A DNA stretch of 64,000 nt, taken from NCBI GenBank assembly GCA_963851265.1, contig CAWKNZ010000007.1:352001-416000 (forward strand), read 5' to 3'. The notes under the pieces are model-generated. The model was not told where the DNA came from, searched no databases, and saw only the letters and a program-made list of their open reading frames with translations. A program made the position numbers and the translations under genes. How positions within the stretch are numbered: the first letter of the stretch is position 1; each line of letters starts with the position of its first letter. The stretch comes from an uncultured Gemmatimonadales bacterium (GTDB taxonomy: Bacteria; Gemmatimonadota; Gemmatimonadetes; Gemmatimonadales; Gemmatimonadaceae). This document shows, one piece after another, positions 60,652-64,000 of the stretch.

Positions 60652-61629
60652 ATGCACCCGTATGCTCGCCGCCCGGCTCAGATCACGCTCGCCTGCATCC
60701 CGCTGGTTGCCGCGGCGGCGGGCGCGCAAACGACGGGGGACAACGGGGCGGATCTGGAGAAGTGCGACAAGCCGATCGGCACCCTCGCGGTCGTCGAGCC
60801 GCAGAACGAGGTGATCATCGCGCTCGCGCGCTACCAGCTGCAGTCGCCGACGGGGCTCATCCGCATGATGGTCCAGCAGTCGCGCTGCTTCCAGGTGGTC
60901 GAGCGCGGGGCCGGCATGCGCAACCTCATGCAGGAGCGCGAACTCGCCCAGGCCGGGCAGCTGCAATCGTCGTCCAACGTCGGCGGCGGACAGCTGCGCG
61001 CCGCCGACTTCGTCCTCACGCCCAACGTGCTGTTCTCGGAAGGGAACGCGGGCGGGGTGGCCGGCGCGGTCGGCGGCTTCTTCTCGCGGCGCGTGCCGGT
61101 GGTGGGCGCGCTCGGCGGCGGACTGAAATTCAAGGAGGCGCAGACCAACATCCTCATCGCCGACACGCGCAGCGGCGTGCAGGTGGCGGCGGCAGAGGGG
61201 AAGGCGCGCAAGCGGGACTTCGCGCTCGGCGCCCTCGGCTTCGCCGGCGGAGTGGTGGGCGGGCTCGGCGGTTACACGAACACCAACGAGGGGAAGGTCG
61301 TCGCCGCCAGTTTCCTCGACAACTACAACAACATCGTGAAGGCGGTACGCGCCGACCCGAACCTGCAGCACATGGCCGCAGGAGGCGCGAACGGTGCCGC
61401 GGCCGGGAGCGAGAAGGCCGGCGCGGTGTTCGCCGAGGGCGACGTGATCGTTCCGAAGATCGCCAACGTGACTTTGCTCTCCGGCCCTTCGGAGTCCGCC
61501 CGGCCCGTGGGCGTGCTGGGCAAGGCGGACGAGCTGGTGTCGATGGGCGAGGAGAAGAGCGGGTACGTGCGCGTGCAGGGAGGCGCGCACGAGGGGTGGG
61601 TGCGCAAGGCGCTCGTCCGCAAGCAGTAA
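60652..61629 (+). CDS. CsgG/HfaB family exported protein with a C-terminal SH3-like domain
   Basis: Signal peptide; FQVVERG..LMQER, ADFVLTP; C-terminal GYVRVQ..EGWV. Confidence 0.75.
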   Translation: MHPYARRPAQITLACIPLVAAAAGAQTTGDNGADLEKCDKPIGTLAVVEPQNEVIIALARYQLQSPTGLIRMMVQQSRCFQVVERGAGMRNLMQERELAQAGQLQSSSNVGGGQLRAADFVLTPNVLFSEGNAGGVAGAVGGFFSRRVPVVGALGGGLKFKEAQTNILIADTRSGVQVAAAEGKARKRDFALGALGFAGGVVGGLGGYTNTNEGKVVAASFLDNYNNIVKAVRADPNLQHMAAGGANGAAAGSEKAGAVFAEGDVIVPKIANVTLLSGPSESARPVGVLGKADELVSMGEEKSGYVRVQGGAHEGWVRKALVRKQ

Positions 61630-61701
61630 GGCCCGGTCGGTCGCGCGCGGCGGAATCGGGGGGCGCCCAACACGGGCGCCCCTCGGCGCGTTGTGGCAGC
61701 T

Positions 61702-64000
61702 ATGACGACCGCCCCCGCCCGCGCCGCGCGCGCGCTCCTGTATGCCGGCGTCCTTGCCGGCACCCGGCTCGCAGCCCAGCCGGCCCCCGCGACCGAACGC
61801 CTCGACGGCTTCCTTCCGCTCCGACTCGAGTCGGCGAGCGGCCGGGTGCTTCTCGAGCTCCCCGCCGACACGACGCGCGCCCTCCTCCTCACCTCGCTCG
61901 CGACCGGGCTCGGATCCAACCCGGTCGGACTCGATCGCGGCGCGAACGGCGAGGGCTACGTCGCGCGCTTCGAGCGCTCCGGCGCGCGCGTGCTCGTCGT
62001 GCTGGAGAACTGGAAGTATCGATCGAGCGACTCGGCGAATGCCGCGCACCAGCGGACGATCGCGGACGCGTTTCCGCCGAGCACGATCGTGGCCCTGCCC
62101 ATCGTTCCCGCCCCGACCACGGCGGCGGGCGGCGCATCTGCTACCACGCCGCCGGGCGCGCGCCTGGTGGTCGACGCGACCGACCTGTTCGTCCGCGACT
62201 GGATGGAGGTGACGCGCACGCTCGCCCGGACGGGGCAGGGGAGCTACGCGCTCGCGCGCGACCGCTCGGGCGTGTACCGCCCCGCGACGCGCAATTTCGC
62301 GCACAACACCGAGGTGGACGTGGCGCTGACCTTTGCCGCCGCGGGTCCCCCCGGCCCGATCGTCGAGTCGATCGCGCCCGACGGGCGGGCCGTCACACTG
62401 CGCGAACACGTCTCGCTCCTGCCGCTCCCGGCCGGCTACCGGCCGCGCGAGGCCGACCCTCGCGTCGGGTACATCGGCGTGCGTTTCCAGGACTACGCGC
62501 GGCCCGTGGACCGTCCGTTAGGCGTGACGTGGATCGCGCGCCACCGCCTCGACCGCGGGCCGGACGGGCGCATCGCCAATCCGATCGTGTACTACGTCGA
62601 CCCCGGGATCCCCGAACCCGTCCGCACCGCGACGATGCAGGGCGTCAAGTGGTGGGAGGACGCGTTCGCGCGCGCCGGACTCGCGGGCGGACTGCGCGTC
62701 GAGTGGCTGCCCGCGGGCGCCGACCCGGCCGACGCGCGCTACAACGTCGTGCAGTGGGAGAACCGCAACGAGCGCGGGTGGTCGATCGGCGGTTCGTTGG
62801 GCGACCCGCGGACGGGCGAGATCGTCAAGGCGATGGCGCGCATGGACTCGCACCGCGCGCGCACCGACGCCAACATCTACGCGGCGCTCGTCGGCGCGGA
62901 CGCGACGCCGGCGGAGACGGCCTTCGTGCTCGCGCGCGTGCGCCAGGTCAGCGCGCACGAGGTCGGGCACACGCTCGGCCTCACGCACAACTACATCGCC
63001 TCCTCGTACGGGCGCGCGAGCGTGATGGACTATCCCGCGCCGCGCGTGCTGCCGCGCGCCGACGGCACGCTCGACCTCTCGCAGGCGTACGCGGTCGGGC
63101 CGGGCGACTACGACGTGTGGGCCATCCGCTGGGGGTACGGCATCTTCCCCGCCGCGACCGAGGGCGACTCGCTGCGCGCGATCGTGGCCGAGGGCCTCCG
63201 GAAGGGCTACCTGTACCTGAGCGACGCGGACGCGCGCCCCGAGTTCTCGAGCGACCCGCGGGTGAATCTGTGGGACGACGCGGACACGGAGGACGAGTAC
63301 TGGACGCGCACCACGAACGTGCGCCGCGCCGCGATGGCGCGCTTCACGGAACGGGCCGTGCGCCCCGGCGACCCGATCGCGCTCGTGCAGGAGCGCTTCG
63401 TGCCGCTCTACTTCTGGCACCGCTTCGCGCTCAACCGGCTCGCAAAGACGTTAGGCGGCGTCGAGTACGCGAACGCCGTTCGCGGCGACGGGCAGCAGGC
63501 GACGCGCCCCGTCGCCCCGGCTCGGCAGCGGCGCGCGCTCGCCGCGATCGCCGGCGCGCTCGCGCCCGCGGAACTCGCCGTGCCCGACACGGTGCGCACG
63601 CTGCTCGCGCCGTGGGCAGACCAGGTCACGCCGGCCGTCGAGCTGTTCGGGGGGCGGGCGCGGCCCGTGTTCGACGAACTCGGCGCCGCGCGCACGCTCT
63701 CGGCGATGATCGTCGACGCGGCGCTGCAGCGCGACCGCGCGACGCGGCTCGTTCAGCAGCGTCTGCACGACCCGCTGCAGCCGGGGCTCGGCGACGTCGT
63801 CGACGCCCTCCTCGCGGCGACCGCGCCGCGCGCCGAGGCGCCTCACGGCGGCGCGGGCGGAACGGCGCCACGCGACGCCGCGCTGCGCCGCGTCGCACAG
63901 CGGGCCGTCGTCGACCGCCTGCTGGCGCTCGCCGCCGACAGCGCGGCGGCACCCGAGGTGCGCGCGATGGCCGAGTTGAAGCTGGGCGCGGTGGCCGCGA
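61702..64000 (+). CDS. exported zinc-dependent metalloprotease (metzincin-like), runs off the window end
   Basis: Absent from the ORF track. My translation from ATG 61702 gives HEVGHTLGLTHNY in frame (codon at 62956), the Met-turn SVMDY, DPRVGY and PIVYYVD. Confidence 0.88.
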   Translation, partial: MTTAPARAARALLYAGVLAGTRLAAQPAPATERLDGFLPLRLESASGRVLLELPADTTRALLLTSLATGLGSNPVGLDRGANGEGYVARFERSGARVLVVLENWKYRSSDSANAAHQRTIADAFPPSTIVALPIVPAPTTAAGGASATTPPGARLVVDATDLFVRDWMEVTRTLARTGQGSYALARDRSGVYRPATRNFAHNTEVDVALTFAAAGPPGPIVESIAPDGRAVTLREHVSLLPLPAGYRPREADPRVGYIGVRFQDYARPVDRPLGVTWIARHRLDRGPDGRIANPIVYYVDPGIPEPVRTATMQGVKWWEDAFARAGLAGGLRVEWLPAGADPADARYNVVQWENRNERGWSIGGSLGDPRTGEIVKAMARMDSHRARTDANIYAALVGADATPAETAFVLARVRQVSAHEVGHTLGLTHNYIASSYGRASVMDYPAPRVLPRADGTLDLSQAYAVGPGDYDVWAIRWGYGIFPAATEGDSLRAIVAEGLRKGYLYLSDADARPEFSSDPRVNLWDDADTEDEYWTRTTNVRRAAMARFTERAVRPGDPIALVQERFVPLYFWHRFALNRLAKTLGGVEYANAVRGDGQQATRPVAPARQRRALAAIAGALAPAELAVPDTVRTLLAPWADQVTPAVELFGGRARPVFDELGAARTLSAMIVDAALQRDRATRLVQQRLHDPLQPGLGDVVDALLAATAPRAEAPHGGAGGTAPRDAALRRVAQRAVVDRLLALAADSAAAPEVRAMAELKLGAVAA

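Overview
A very GC-rich (about three-quarters G+C by eye), gene-dense bacterial chromosome segment. Gemmatimonadota (Gemmatirosa/Roseisolibacter-like) is my inference from gene content and PEP-CTERM tail style; it is not proven. It holds about 62 CDS, mostly housekeeping or metabolic: type II NADH dehydrogenase, LOG, SET, greA, glpD, fadI/fadJ, S9/M14/M61 and zinc-dependent peptidases, proline dehydrogenase, rsgA, nfi, a chemoreceptor, a biotin cluster (bioF/A/D/B) with pdxH, type B L31, sulfurtransferase-OsmC-FabZ-like genes, galM/galT/galK with a glycoside hydrolase, a KirBac channel, a fused 2-oxoacid dehydrogenase E1 and a CsgG-like protein. I recognised no tRNA, rRNA, CRISPR array, transposase or integrase. 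The most notable signals are: (1) a dispersed, strongly over-represented octamer CGTTAGGC (24 exact copies counted), carried in rare TTA codons, TAG stops, antisense and intergenic positions; (2) a four-gene ECF sigma / CBM48 anti-sigma / exported protein / beta-barrel-CBM48 module resembling a glycan-sensing envelope signalling system; (3) frequent apparently leaderless genes (TANNNT 6-7 nt before the start); (4) several enzymes with lost catalytic residues or cleanly missing domains; (5) an 11-nt duplication that frameshifts a DUF4097-like gene.
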